Below are positions 37,029 through 49,520 of a DNA stretch of 64,000 bases, piece by piece. The position numbers and the translations under genes were made by a program. Position 1 is the first letter of the stretch, and each line of letters begins with the position of its first letter. The notes beneath the pieces are model-generated. The model did no database searches. It was given only the letters and a program-made list of their open reading frames with translations, and was not told the origin of the DNA. The stretch comes from Tubiluchus corallicola. Its lineage: Eukaryota; Animalia; Priapulida. Where the stretch lies: NCBI GenBank assembly GCA_030141605.1, contig JAQGDQ010000314.1, positions 124,001 through 188,000 on the forward strand, written 5' to 3'.

Positions 37029-39163
37029 CTAGTCTTTGGACACTGGCACACCTGCATTGCCATAATCAATCGCTCCGTGCTCATTAAGGGTATTATCATC
37101 ACAAGTTACCGATTCCCCGTGTGGATCGCGTCCTTTTCCACTTCCCTTACTGCCACCATATCCTCCACCACCCTTATTTCCACCCATACTACCTTTACTG
37201 CCACCACTGCTTCCACCATATCCTCCACCACCTTTACTGCCACCACTGCTTCCACCATAGATATNNNNNNNNNNNNNNNNNNNNNNNNNNNNNNNNNNNN
37301 NNNNNNNNNNNNNNNNNNNNNNNNNNNNNNNNNNNNNNNNNNNNNNNNNNNNNNNNNNNNNNNNNNNNNNNNNNNNNNNNNNNNNNNNNNNNNNNNNNNN
37401 NNNNNNNNNNNNNNNNNNNNNNNNNNNNNNNNNNNNNNNNNNNNNNNNNNNNNNNNNNNNNNNNNNNNNNNNNNNNNNNNNNNNNNNNNNNNNNNNNNNN
37501 NNNNNNNNNNNNNNNNNNNNNNNNNNNNNNNNNNNNNNNNNNNNNNNNNNNNNNNNNNNNNNNNNNNNNNNNNNNNNNNNNNNNNNNNNNNNNNNNNNNN
37601 NNNNNNNNNNNNNNNNNNNNNNNNNNNNNNNNNNNNNNNNNNNNNNNNNNNNNNNNNNNNNNNNCTCCTTTCATTCCACCAGCATAACCTCCACTGCGGC
37701 CTTTCATTCTTCCTCCATAGCCTCCAGCACCTCCTTTCATCCCTCCACCATAGCCGCCTCCACTTCCTTTCATTCCACCACCATAACCTCCACCACCTCC
37801 TTTCATTCTCCCCCCACCTCCTTTCCTTCCTCCACCATAGCTGCTCCCACCTTTCATTCCACTGCCTCCTTTCATTGCTCCACCATAGCCTCCTCCACCT
37901 TTCATTCTTCCACCATAGCCACCTCCACCTCCTTTCATTCCACCACCTTTCATTCTTCCACCATAGCCTCCTCCACCTCCTTTCATTCCTCCACCATAGC
38001 CACCTCCACCACCTTTCATTCTTCCACCATAGCCGCCTCCACCTCCTTTCATTCTGCCACCATAACTTCCACCACCTTTCATTTCTCTACCTCCTTTCAT
38101 TCTTCCACCATAGCCTCCTCCACCTCCTTTCATTCTTCCACCATAGCCTCCTCCAACTCCTTTCATTCCTCCACCACCATAGCCTCCTCCACCACCTTTC
38201 ATTCCTCCACCATAGCCTCCTCCACCTCCTTTCATTCCTCCACCATAGCCGCCTCCACCTCCTTTCATTCCACCACCGTAGCCGCCTCCACCACCTTTCA
38301 TTCCTCCACCTCCTTTCATTCTTCCACCATAGCCGCCTCCACCTCCTTTCATTACACTACCATAACCTCCACCACCTTTCATTCCTCCACCTCCTTTCAT
38401 TCTTCCACCATAGCCGCCTCCACCTCCTTTCATTACACTACCATAACCTCCACCACCTTTCATTCCTCCACCTCCTTTCATTCTTCCACCATAGCCGCCT
38501 CCACCTCCTTTCATTTCTCCACCATAACCTTCTCCATCTTCTTTCATTCTTCTACCGTAGCCACCTCCACCTCCACCTCCTTTAGTACCTTTGCTCCATG
38601 TGCCACCACTGCTGTATGTGTGCACATGTGTATGAAAATCTAGATGTGCTTCTGAAATAACCTATAAAGAAAAAGATGATCAGTAATATTAACAAAAACA
38701 CTGATTACACGAATTCGTGTGTGATTGTATGTGTTATACTATACAAAATAAAAAGTTAAATTCAAAAACAAATTTGCCAGTATTCTAGGATTCTATGAGT
38801 TTTGAAAACAATGCGTGAAGTGTTCATAAGTTAAATGGGTAACATCGTTTCTTCCGTGACAATAACTCTCTCAAAAATTGTTTTCATCGAATTCGAGGAG
38901 TCGGGGCAGATTGCATTTGTAAAATACACGCGATGTTTTGTATATTTGTGTGGTAGTGAGAACGGCGTCTGGCTTTGCGACTGCTCAACCACATACATCC
39001 AGTTTCAGTAGGGTCAGGTTCCTATTCCGAACTGTATAAAAATGTTTTCAATAAAAGATGTAATTTGTTATGTCTACAATTGCATTTTGCACAGATTGAA
39101 TAAAATTACTTTTATACTTACTATTATCAGCGTTAGTGCTGAAATCACTCGGAATATTGTCAT
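37029..39163 (-). CDS. Secreted Gly/Tyr/Met/Lys tandem-repeat protein (two exons; repeat interrupted by assembly gap)
   Basis: Exon 1 is 39163-39122 (MTIFRVISALTLII|gtaagt). Exon 2 starts at 38661 (ctttatag|VISEAHLDFHTHVHTYSSGGTWSKGTKGGGG) and continues as (MKGGGGGYGGR/G)n. After the gap it reads YGGSSGGSKGGGGY...GRDPHGESVTCDDNTLNEHGAIDYGNAGVPVSKD* (TAG 37031-37029). Frame continuity across the gap is assumed. Confidence 0.82.
37265..37664. other. Assembly gap (400 N)
   Basis: Run of N inside the Gly-rich repeat; the true length is unknown. Confidence 1.
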
Positions 39164-39319
39164 GTTGACTGAATGACCAACCTCTTGGTGAAATACAGCA
39201 TTAAGTCAGTGCAGATCAGTCAAAGCAGCAGGATTACAGTATTTCAGTCCAAGCGCACCAGTGCCTGGGCAAAAGGACATACCATAATTTCACAAGAGAT
39301 TTAAACTAAGAATAGCATA

Positions 39320-39330
39320 ATTATATATAT
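39320..39330 (-). promoter_or_regulatory. Candidate TATA box of the Gly/Met/Lys gene
   Basis: The minus strand reads ATATATATAAT about 160 nt upstream of the ATG. Confidence 0.35.
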
Positions 39331-41528
39331 CCTTGCAAAATCTCAAACTGTGCTGATTCACAATTTACAGTGTCAAATCTATTCCAGAATCCAGAGATTG
39401 CAGACTCAGATCAGACTCGATTTGCTTCATTAACGTGGGTCGCAATACAGACTGAACTTTTGCAGGAATTCGGACTGTGTAATGTCAACTAAGTACGACA
39501 TGGAAAGTGTCTTGGTCGCTGTTCTGCCTAATAAGAAAAATGTGTATTAAAAACAATAAAGAACGCAGTGATGCACAAATGTGCGCTTTTAAATTCTCTG
39601 TAATGAATGCAAACATCTGTCTAGACGTGGTCAGTCTGCATAAACTGGACGTACTCGGTACAGAATTGGTACAGACCGAGTTTAGACTCAAACCTTTAAA
39701 TTGTGAACGGAGTATACGATACCTATAACAGACAAAAGGATTGTGGTCACAGGAGACCTGGCTGCACAACTGGTCCCGGTCTTATCCTTATGCGTGCTGA
39801 TTCTGCATGGTGCAGTGAGAAATCTACTTGTCTGATTTAGTGAAGTTTGTTTCTAGAACTTAAAAAAACCGTTTGCAGCTACTCCAGTACACGCCGCCAA
39901 AATTCACTTTACTCTGTACAGGACAGGTATTCCACCACAACATGTAGATGATTTCAAGTTATAATCCTTATTCAAATGTTGCTAAAAACAATGTAAAAGT
40001 TCAGAAATTTTGATGATAGACTTGCGACATTAATACCAGCCTTTCTGTTAACTGGCTAGTCTAAACACCTCTTGAACAGTTTTCTACTCTGTGTCAGCTC
40101 TCTTCTTTCCTGAGGATCGAGTTGAGTTCAAAACACGTAAAAAGAAACATTACCAGAAATCACTAGATAAGAAGTTGCCTGTGCCCATATTATCTGCCAG
40201 AATTTCAAGGCAATATTATAATTATTATCATGCTATTCTCCAAAATTTACAAAATGCAATCATAAACAGTTTTTAACAACTATAATAATTATTACAGATG
40301 AAATTAAAGAACAAGCCACGGATTTGACAGCGGATTGCACACTTGTGTCACGTTATTCAAGGTACCTAGTTCGATCGTGCCTACACTGCCTGTATGTGCT
40401 ATAATAAGAATACATAGAACACCATGGGGATTTACATCAACCATGTTAATCCATGATTGGCAAGGCAATAATGACCTATTTTGTTTGTTGTTTACTTTTC
40501 ACGTAATAGTACAATAATTACCGTGCAATTGAGCGCTGTCTGCAGTTATAATTCTTGCAATTATACAAGATAGACACGCATCCCAATGACAGTGTGTTCC
40601 AATAAGCTATTAATCCCCGTGTACTTGGCTTGCTCTACGCAATAACTGATTGTAAACTTCTAGACTTGTAGAATGTGAACTTGTAATTCACGGGTAAATG
40701 CTAATACCCACTTTGTAGGTTGTCTTTGCTTTATCTGCTTTAATCATTTGCACCTCTCTTCTCAGCTGCTTCTTCATTATCGCCGCCGTCGTCATCACCA
40801 TTTTTATCGTTATCATCCTCGTCATCCTCATCATCATTATCATCGTCATCAACATAAAAGAACAAGCTTACCAACAAGTTTATTGTTTTATTGTGGTCAT
40901 TATCATTGGCGTTTTGATTATAATTATTGCTGCTAATAAGAAAATAAGTATGATGTATAAGTAATAAATGAGTATTATTTTGCATTGATGCCGTTTAAGA
41001 AAATATAAACTTATAACAAATAGAATTAACACCAAAAGTAAAGCTTTATTTACAAAAACCCACAGCACTATTTTATTATTTACACAACAACAAGCACAAA
41101 GTAAAACAGCACGACTTTGTTGGTGCTTCCTTTCTGTTGCCAGTAGATGGCACCACGCGTATTACATAACAAAGTGTTTATAACACAATGTGTTCGCAAC
41201 AATGCAATCCATAAAAATAACTGTCAAACATAAGATTAACACTAAGATCACAAATCTGAAAACAATCTGAATAACAAAGAGAAAAGTGACAATAATATCA
41301 GTGTTTAATAACTAGTTTTTGAATTCATGATTTCTACCACCCAGTTGCTTATATTAAAAGGGAAATAAAAATGGATGTCACGTGCATTAACTAGGAATTA
41401 TTTTGCAGTATACGTGCAAATAAATCAATAACACAACGCCTTTGCCCTTGTACAAACATTTTTCATTTTCACGTTTAGGTGAAGATTTCCCATATTATCA
41501 CTGGGATGATGCCAGCTTTGGGTATCAA

Positions 41529-43580
41529 CTACCAACTGCTACCATATCCTCCTCCACCACTGCTGCCGCCATATCCTCCTCCTCCACTGCTGCCACCATA
41601 TCCTCCTCCACCACTGCTGCCACCATATCCTCCTCCTCCACTGCTGCCACCATATCCTCCTCCACCACTGCTGCCACCATATCCTCCTCCTCCACTGCTG
41701 CTACCATATCCTCCTCCACCACTGCTGCCACCATAGCCTCCACCTCCGCCACCACTTCCTCCATAGCCTCCACTTCCACTACCACTGCTACCATACCCTC
41801 CTCCACCACTGCTGCCACCATATCCACTTCCTCCGCTGCTGCCACCATAGCCTCCACTTCCTCCACTGCTGCTACCATATCCTCCTCCACCACTGTTGCC
41901 GCCATATCCTCCACCTCCACTGCTGCTACCATATCCTCCTCCTCCACCTCCACTGCTGCTACCATATCCTCCTCCTCCACTGCTGCTACCATATCCTGCT
42001 CCACTACTGCTGCCACCATATCCTCCTCCTCCTCCACTGCTGCTACCATATCCTCCTCCACCACTGCTGCCACCATATCCTCCTCCTCCACTGCTGCTAC
42101 CATATCCTCCTCCACCACTGCTGCCACCATAGCCTCCACCTCCACCACCACTGCTGCCACCATATCCACTTCCTCCGCTGCTGCCACCATAGCCTCCACT
42201 TCCTCCACTGCTGCCGCCATACCCTCCTCCACCACTGCTGCCACCATATCCACCACCTCCACTGCTGCCGCCATATCCTCCACCTCCACTGCTTCCACCA
42301 TATCCTCCTCCTCCTCCACTGCTGCCACCATATCCTCCTCCTCCTCCACTGCTGCCACCATATCCCCCTCCTCCTCCACTGCTGCCGCCATACCCTCCTC
42401 CACCACTGCTGCCACCATATCCACTTCCTCCGCTGCTGCCACCATAGCCTCCACTTCCTCCACTGCTACCACCATATCCACCTCCTCCACTGCTTCCACC
42501 ATATCCTCCTCCTCCTCCACTGCTGCCACCATATCCTCCTCCTCCTCCACTGCTGCCACCATATCCTCCTCCTCCTCCACTGCTGCCACCATATCCCCCT
42601 CCTCCTCCACTGCTGCCACCATAGCCTCCTCCACCACTGCTGCCACCATAGCCTCCACCACTGCTGCCACCATATCCACCTCCACCACTGCTGCCACCAT
42701 ATCCTCCACCTCCACTGCTGCGACCATATCCTCCTCCTCCACTGCTGCCACCATATCCTCCTCCACCACTGCTGCCACCATATCCTCCTCCTCCTCCACT
42801 GCTGCCACCATATCCTCCTCCACCACTGCTGCCACCATATCCTCCTCCACCACTGCTGCCACCATAGCCTCCTCCACCACTGCTGCCGCCATATCCTCCT
42901 CCACCACTGCTGCCACTATGTCCTCCTCCACTACTGCCGCCATATCCTCCTCCACCACTGCTGCCACCATATCCTCCTCCTCCACTGCTGCCACCATGTC
43001 CTCCACCACTGCTGCCACCATATCCTCCTCCACCACTGCTGCCACCATATCCTCCTCCACCACGTTTTCGTTGTCTTCCTCCTCCTCCGCTAGTTCTTCT
43101 TCTACCATAACCTCCTCCTCCTCCACTACTACCACCATGTCCTCCGCCACCACTCCTGCTGCCGTATCCTCCCCCTCCTCCACTTCTCCTTCTGCTGCCA
43201 CCGCCTTGTGGTCCAGCCATTGTAACCTGTGAAATTTGCAGACACAGTGTTGATATCGGAATAATGATGAAAATGTAATGGAGTTAAAGAAAACTGTGCT
43301 AAGTTGCTTGAAATTAAATCATGCTAAAGTAATTCGCGGACGTAATAGGGGGACCATTACTGCGCAAACTATAGTGTATATTTTTTGCAAAACAAAAAAT
43401 TACCTTTTGCGCCACGCCAGTTTTTAAAAACACAACGTCAACAACTAAAGAGCCGTGTTTAAATTTTGAGTATCAGACATTCAAAAAATGTCAGACATTC
43501 AAAGAAGATGTAAATAAAAGTTCATTATTACTTACAGATATTAGCACTACGGCTAGTAAGATCAGAACAGCAGTCCGCAT
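41529..43580 (-). CDS. Secreted Gly/Ser/Tyr tandem-repeat protein, two exons, 580 aa
   Basis: Exon 1 is 43580-43536 (MRTAVLILLAVVLIS|gtaagt). Exon 2 is 43226-41529: ttcacag|VTMAGPQGGGSRRRSGGGG...RQRKR, then (GGSSGGGGY)n to YGSSW*. Confidence 0.9.
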
Positions 43581-44134
43581 ACTGGAAGATTTTTCAATTG
43601 TGTAGTCGTTCAAAAATATCCAAAATCTTGAAATTATATCTGAAAAAAGATATTATATCTGAAATTACACCTGTCACAGTTCACTATGCAAGATCAAAAT
43701 TAGCACCATAATTTTTATCTCGAGCAAAATAGTTCATTTTATTACATGGTTTAGTTAGCTGCCTTTTACTGCTATAAAGTCAAATGCTTTTTCATATTCT
43801 TTCTACCCTGCCAGTCTGTATATTACTTACCTTTCTTCCTATAAGTACTCTGTAGGACCCTCTTCACAAAGGACCCTCTTCCTATATCTCTCTTCCTATA
43901 GATACCAGGTCCTTAATCACTTTCCCCTGTTAGCTGAAGGTACTCGCAAGTCATCTGCATGCATAGCCACTTTGATAGGCAACGCGCATAGACACCAGAC
44001 GGCGGAAAATAGGAGGAAAAAAACACAGAGCATGACAGGTAGATAAACGCAAAAGAAGTGAAAACGAAAAACAACATTTTGCCATACAACTTACAGCAGC
44101 ATGAAAATGGGGTTTCGCGTTTGTAACATCTTCT

Positions 44135-44200
44135 TCGTCATCATCATCGTCACTATCGCCATCCTCATCATCATCTAGTCGTCATCGTCTTTATCTTTAT

Positions 44201-44240
<40 letters not shown>

Positions 44241-44272
44241 GTCGTCATCACATCATCATCATCATCATCATC
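44135..44272. repeat. (CAT)n microsatellite
   Basis: Visible trinucleotide run. Confidence 0.9.
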
Positions 44273-47200
44273 AACACCGTCTTCACAACCACTTTCATAT
44301 TTATGAACAAACCCAGATATTCGTATTTCTTCGCCAATGTTCTCGTAAAAAACGCAGAAAACATCTTTTGCTGCTCATTTTAGTTTTTAATTAGAGTTAT
44401 GGTACATTACAACCTTTCTCTTTCAACTTTTGGTGCAAGACTTTCTCGACTTTTTGCCAAGTTAGTTTTGCCAAATAAGTTTTGTTATTCACTTGGCTAC
44501 TTCAACAAAAATTGCAGTCGAATGAAAAATAAAAAGTTATTGATGACTATGGCATTCTGTTCCTTAAGCAAAAAATACAAACGTAATTTTTGTTATTCAT
44601 ATAAAAAGTAAATCTGATAGAGCTGGTACAAGCTATAGAAATAATCCTTAAACACGATAGCTTAAAAAAGAATGAAAAGCAAAAATCACTGTAGTAATTT
44701 GCAACAAATGTTTACTTACATTATATGATTTAGAGCATCAGCTTTCTCGTATCGGATATCGTCGACTAGAAAAATTCACAAACTCTTTACTTTCATCACA
44801 GGTTAACACCTGTGAGTTTCTCTGATAAAATTCTTTGATCTGCAGCCGATCTCCGATTAAAAGCTATAGCTGGACCAATGTGACCCATTTTTATATCCAA
44901 TTCTTCGGCTTTGTTCAAATGCTTCAATTAGAGATTGAAAGATTTCTGCTCCGTATCAAAGCTGCATAATGTTATTGTTGCCGTTGAATTCAAGGGCAGC
45001 TCCAGGTTTATTTTGCAAGAGCACTGCGAGTATTCTAAACAAGCTGTGAGTAGTCCCGAGCGAGGTCGTGGACAAGGAGTTAGTTCTTAGCGTTCGTCAG
45101 AGCAGTATCGTGTCAAGAGGAGTTACTGGACCAACAGTAGATTACTAGATGCTCAGCGGGGTAGAAGTCGCTCACCTCCTTACGCTATCGGAGATTCATG
45201 ATAAGATAACGTTCTCTTACTGTGCCAGTGACAAAGAACCGTCCGTTTTAAGTGGGCACCCTGCGAAACAGACCGCCATCTTCAAGCTGGGACGTTCGAT
45301 TGTGATTATAATTTAAATCCTTAATTCTTGCATGATTATGATAAATTTCGTCTCGTCTGGAGTTATTTAGCTAACAATTTACCTGCAAAGTGAAGGCCGC
45401 TTAAATTAAACCATATAATGCAAGATAAGGAGAGATTAGATAAGGAGAGATTTAGTCGATTATTGAGGGGTGGGCTCAACATGTTGCTTGGTTAAAATGA
45501 ATTGTGAGCGAGAATTCTGAGCGCATAATTTTTTTTTAGTTTGTCAACAAAATGTTTTAATAGATGGGAATGTTCTAAATATTTATTATAGAGTGATTTC
45601 GAAGTCTCGGTTCCTAAACGTCTCTTTCTTTAACGTCTGTTTTGCTGTTGCTCATTCCAAGTGGCCTCCCATTCCGTGAAATAAGGTATCAAGGTCATTA
45701 TTGAGCGGGTGGTTGTCGTATTGGCAGACTGGAGAGAAAACTGTAAATACAGAAAACGACAAAAAGACAGATAATTATCACAAGAAGGACTAGTATAGTT
45801 CTTAAAAACCAGGTTTACGAGAATTTACTTTTACTTATAGATAATCCTTGTTAATGCTGGTTCTTTAAGACGAATCAGTAAGGACACCAACTTTTGAATT
45901 AAACTGCCATTACAAAGATAAGATTTGTGAGCAGTAAATGTCATTTTTAATGAGTTGCAATATTTAAACTTTAGTGCGTTAAACGTTATCTGTATCACAT
46001 GCTGCATTATTTAGCTAATTCTATTTTGTATAATTGCAGTAATATGTAAATTTTATTGTACGGTCAACAAACCTGTTATAATTTATCTACTTTTGGAAGA
46101 CAAAACTTATTTAAATGAATGCTGTTGGTGGGCACTTCTAAGGTTTGTTAGAAGTGTCAGACAGTATAGTGTACTGGGTTAGATCTGGCCACACGCCAAA
46201 TCAGCAATATCGCATCGATGTTTTAAAAATCCTCACAGAAAGCCAAGGAACTCTGTCGCGTTGACTAGTCTATTACCATAATCTAATCAAAACAGTCGTA
46301 CCATCAGCAATTCTTTTTAAAACTAATAAATTTCAAGTTTATTATCAATTGAGCCGTAGGCTGTAACACACGCAATATTTATAAATATTTATGAATGAAG
46401 ACATATCTATAACCAATAGCAGTTTGCAGTTTTTTTAGTAGTGTCAATCACAATTTGCATTTACAGCGACACAAGTAACGTCTTTTCATGCATTGTCACT
46501 ATTGTTGTCATTAAGAATTAATCTGTGTTAACAAGTTTGATGAACACATTGCAATTCCAGCATAAGACTATAAGCTAACGGCACAGCCTGCAAATCATAA
46601 GACAGCACTAGGCAATCAGTGAGACATTTCTGTATGATCATATTAAAATTACAGACATTAGTACAGATCACGTTAGATAATAATGAATAATAATTTTATA
46701 TTACAAAAAGAAATGTGGTGCCCTACATTGTCGGTTATGGTAAGCGAACGTATACATGACCTGCAAGTAGAACGCAAGTAGAATCTTAATATGAAATGAA
46801 TCTGTAATAGGCCTATATTTTGCTAATGCTAGAAACGTTTGCTCGTCCTGTAAGACTTATAAAGAATTTAGAGGTTCATTTCCACGTTTATTGATTGTGG
46901 GCTTCTATTTTTCTACATATACATTCTTCAATTACGCCACTTTTCTTCCTTTTTTTTATATATCTTACTGCGTCTTTCCTTTCCCCCATTTTTATTTGTT
47001 TTTTCACATTGTACAAAATTATTTTTTATAATTTTCATAGATCATTGGCGCTTATAATTTACAGGAGATCTCCACAGATAATTAGTTAACAGGTTTAGGC
47101 GACAGTGCGTGACTCCATGTTGTCAACAGAAAAGACGGTAGTTAGGCACCCCGATTGGCAATGGCAACAACTGCGGTAACGACTAATCACCAGCTAATTT

Positions 47201-48541
47201 ATTCATTCATGATGACAGTTCAATATTTTTACTGACGGTCTTTGTCCTCTGCCGCTACTGTAAACCAAACTGTTGTCATAAGCTACACACGAGATTAGGA
47301 CTGATTGCAAACCTTGGATTTTATTTTGTTCACGGATTTTAAAAGGTAAGTATGCTTTTTGCGTCACTTTGCGTGTAAGATAAGCAGGTTGGGGCAAACA
47401 GTTACTATCATGTCTACTTCGTTTCCGTAGACATGTGTACGAACAAGACCACAAAAGCCAAGTGCAATTTAAGTTCTCTAGTATGTGTCTGTTTTTTTCG
47501 ATGGAAGAAATTTTCCTTTGATTGGACTTTGACAGTATACTTTGGAATCTTATATTGAATTGGGTGACGTTACGTTTAGTCTGAATATTGCCGTTTATCA
47601 GTCGGCTTTTTATAAAGATCTATCACCTTAGAATTTAACTTTAATATCAAAAGAGGTTACTTCTGAAGCAGAAATCGCAAAATTCACTTTTGCGTTCTCG
47701 TTAACATTACCAAAAAAACTCAACAAATGAATAGAGTTCCAATCTACACTTGACCAAATTCCAAAAATGTCATCAATCTCAAGTTGCTTCCCGCAAGATT
47801 GTGTGCCCTTCTGATCTACTATATTCATGCAAAATTTTCAAACAATGATGTAATATCTGCAATACCTGCACTAGTCAAGCGTGACATGATTATTTGGTGG
47901 TAGATCTAAATCTCTGAGCTTAGGAATGAAGTCTCTAACGAAATAAGAGCGTTGTCGGAGTTAAGGCACTCGTCAACACAAGTACAAATAGAAATAATTA
48001 CAGTAAGATTATTAAAAGCAAATTTAATAAGACGTCAAAGCCAAGGTTTTTTTTGGATTTTCAGAAGCGTATGGAATACAGTTGTTCTGGCTGATCTTAA
48101 TTAACTAAAATTACGGAGAAATTGTCAGTCAGCTGCACAAAGAATAATAATGTGTTTGATTCTCTTTTTCATTCTTGCAAGTCTGTTACTCCGATGATTA
48201 TAGCCTAAGTGATGCAGGCCTAAAATTAATTCGTTTCCTCAAATTACTCTAGCTTCTCCTTTGTCTGATTGTTTAATCACAATGTGAAAACCTGTTCTTC
48301 TGTTCTCTTGATGTTGCATTCTGTTAATCTTTAATTGACTAAATCTAAATTTACTAAATGTAAATTATTAAGGGCAAATCCGTCTAGCTACATATGCATT
48401 AGATGTACCTATTTTGCAGATGATTATACATTAGATACATTTCTAACAATGTGAACGCAGTAATTTTAATATTCTAAATTTTTGGTTGGTTACAAGTAAA
48501 CCGATTTCCGCTATTTCTGTTTTATTTAGCACTTTAATTGA

Positions 48542-48757
48542 TTATAATTCACACATATTGTAGCACGTATATACGCACTTATAATTCACACATATTGTAG
48601 CACTTATATACGCACTTATAATTCACACATATTGTAGCACTTATATACGCACTTATAATTCACACATATTGTAGCACTTATATACGCACTTATAATTCAC
48701 ACATATTGTAGCACTTATACACGCACTTATAATTCACACATATTATAGCACTTATAT
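48542..48757. repeat. 37-bp minisatellite, ~6 copies
   Basis: Unit TTATAATTCACACATATTGTAGCACTTATATACGCAC starts at 48542, 48579, 48616, 48653, 48690 and 48727, with no spacers. Confidence 0.95.
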
Positions 48758-49520
48758 GTATTTAACGCATTATGCGGCTAGTTTATTAGAAACAGGCGTA
48801 CACTGTTTTATGACATGTGAATTTTTGCAAATTTAAGGCCATTACTTTTTAATTCTTATTTTACATTGTAGGTATTCCTCACCGGTGCGGATGCGTATAT
48901 ATTTATGCGTCTGTGCTTTGCAATTATGTCTTTAGCTTCCGATAATGGAATTAATGGAAAGATTTTCCGAAATAAATTTTTACTAAACCTGGCACTAGAT
49001 GAAAAATATTTCATTTGTATGAACTGTTTTTACTCTGTAATGCTTATCATTTGTTTAAAAATGCCCTCATTTTATTTCTTATTTTGTTCATCAAAATTAG
49101 TTGCTTCATTGTGTTAAATTTACCTAAATATCCTTACCAATAGAAAATAGGTTTTTGCGGAAGATTGTTCACCACTAATTGCCTCTGTTAGTAAGTAACA
49201 CAGACTAATACGAACAATGGAGAAGTTTGTTAACATTATTGTTTTTTTATTTTTTTCCAAACACGTTCCAACTTGTAGGCGAATAATCATTGAAAATGCT
49301 CAGTCATTGGTAATTAAATTAGTAGTAAATTAATTAAAAAGTACACCAACCACTAACCTAATTATTTTTTATACATTTTGTCTTGGTCTGTTATAGATGA
49401 TGGACATTAGTTACATCAAAACATCAAGAACGTAGTATTTGGCGACCGTCATAATCATCAAGTGAATACAAAATTCATTTGAAATAATTGTATCCAAGAA
49501 ACAGCAGACGGACAACTTCA

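Noticed and set aside
36912-38585. His/Leu-rich + strand ORF resembling a His-rich metal-binding protein
   Set aside because: Antisense shadow of the Gly/Met/Lys repeat, extended artificially through Ns; no ATG start or signal peptide.
41442-43232. 596-aa Ser/Thr/Ala mucin-like ORF and Pro-rich ORFs on the + strand
   Set aside because: They are the antisense mirror of the Gly/Ser/Tyr gene. The 596-aa frame stays open because that gene lacks TTA, CTA and TCA codons. The signal exon and splice sites support the minus strand.
44860-45360. GC-elevated stretch upstream of the Gly/Ser gene
   Set aside because: I found no sustained reading frame, terminal repeats or recognisable RNA motif.
48542-48757. 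37-bp repeat of CRISPR-like length
   Set aside because: The units abut with no spacers, there are no cas genes, and the context is eukaryotic. It is a minisatellite.
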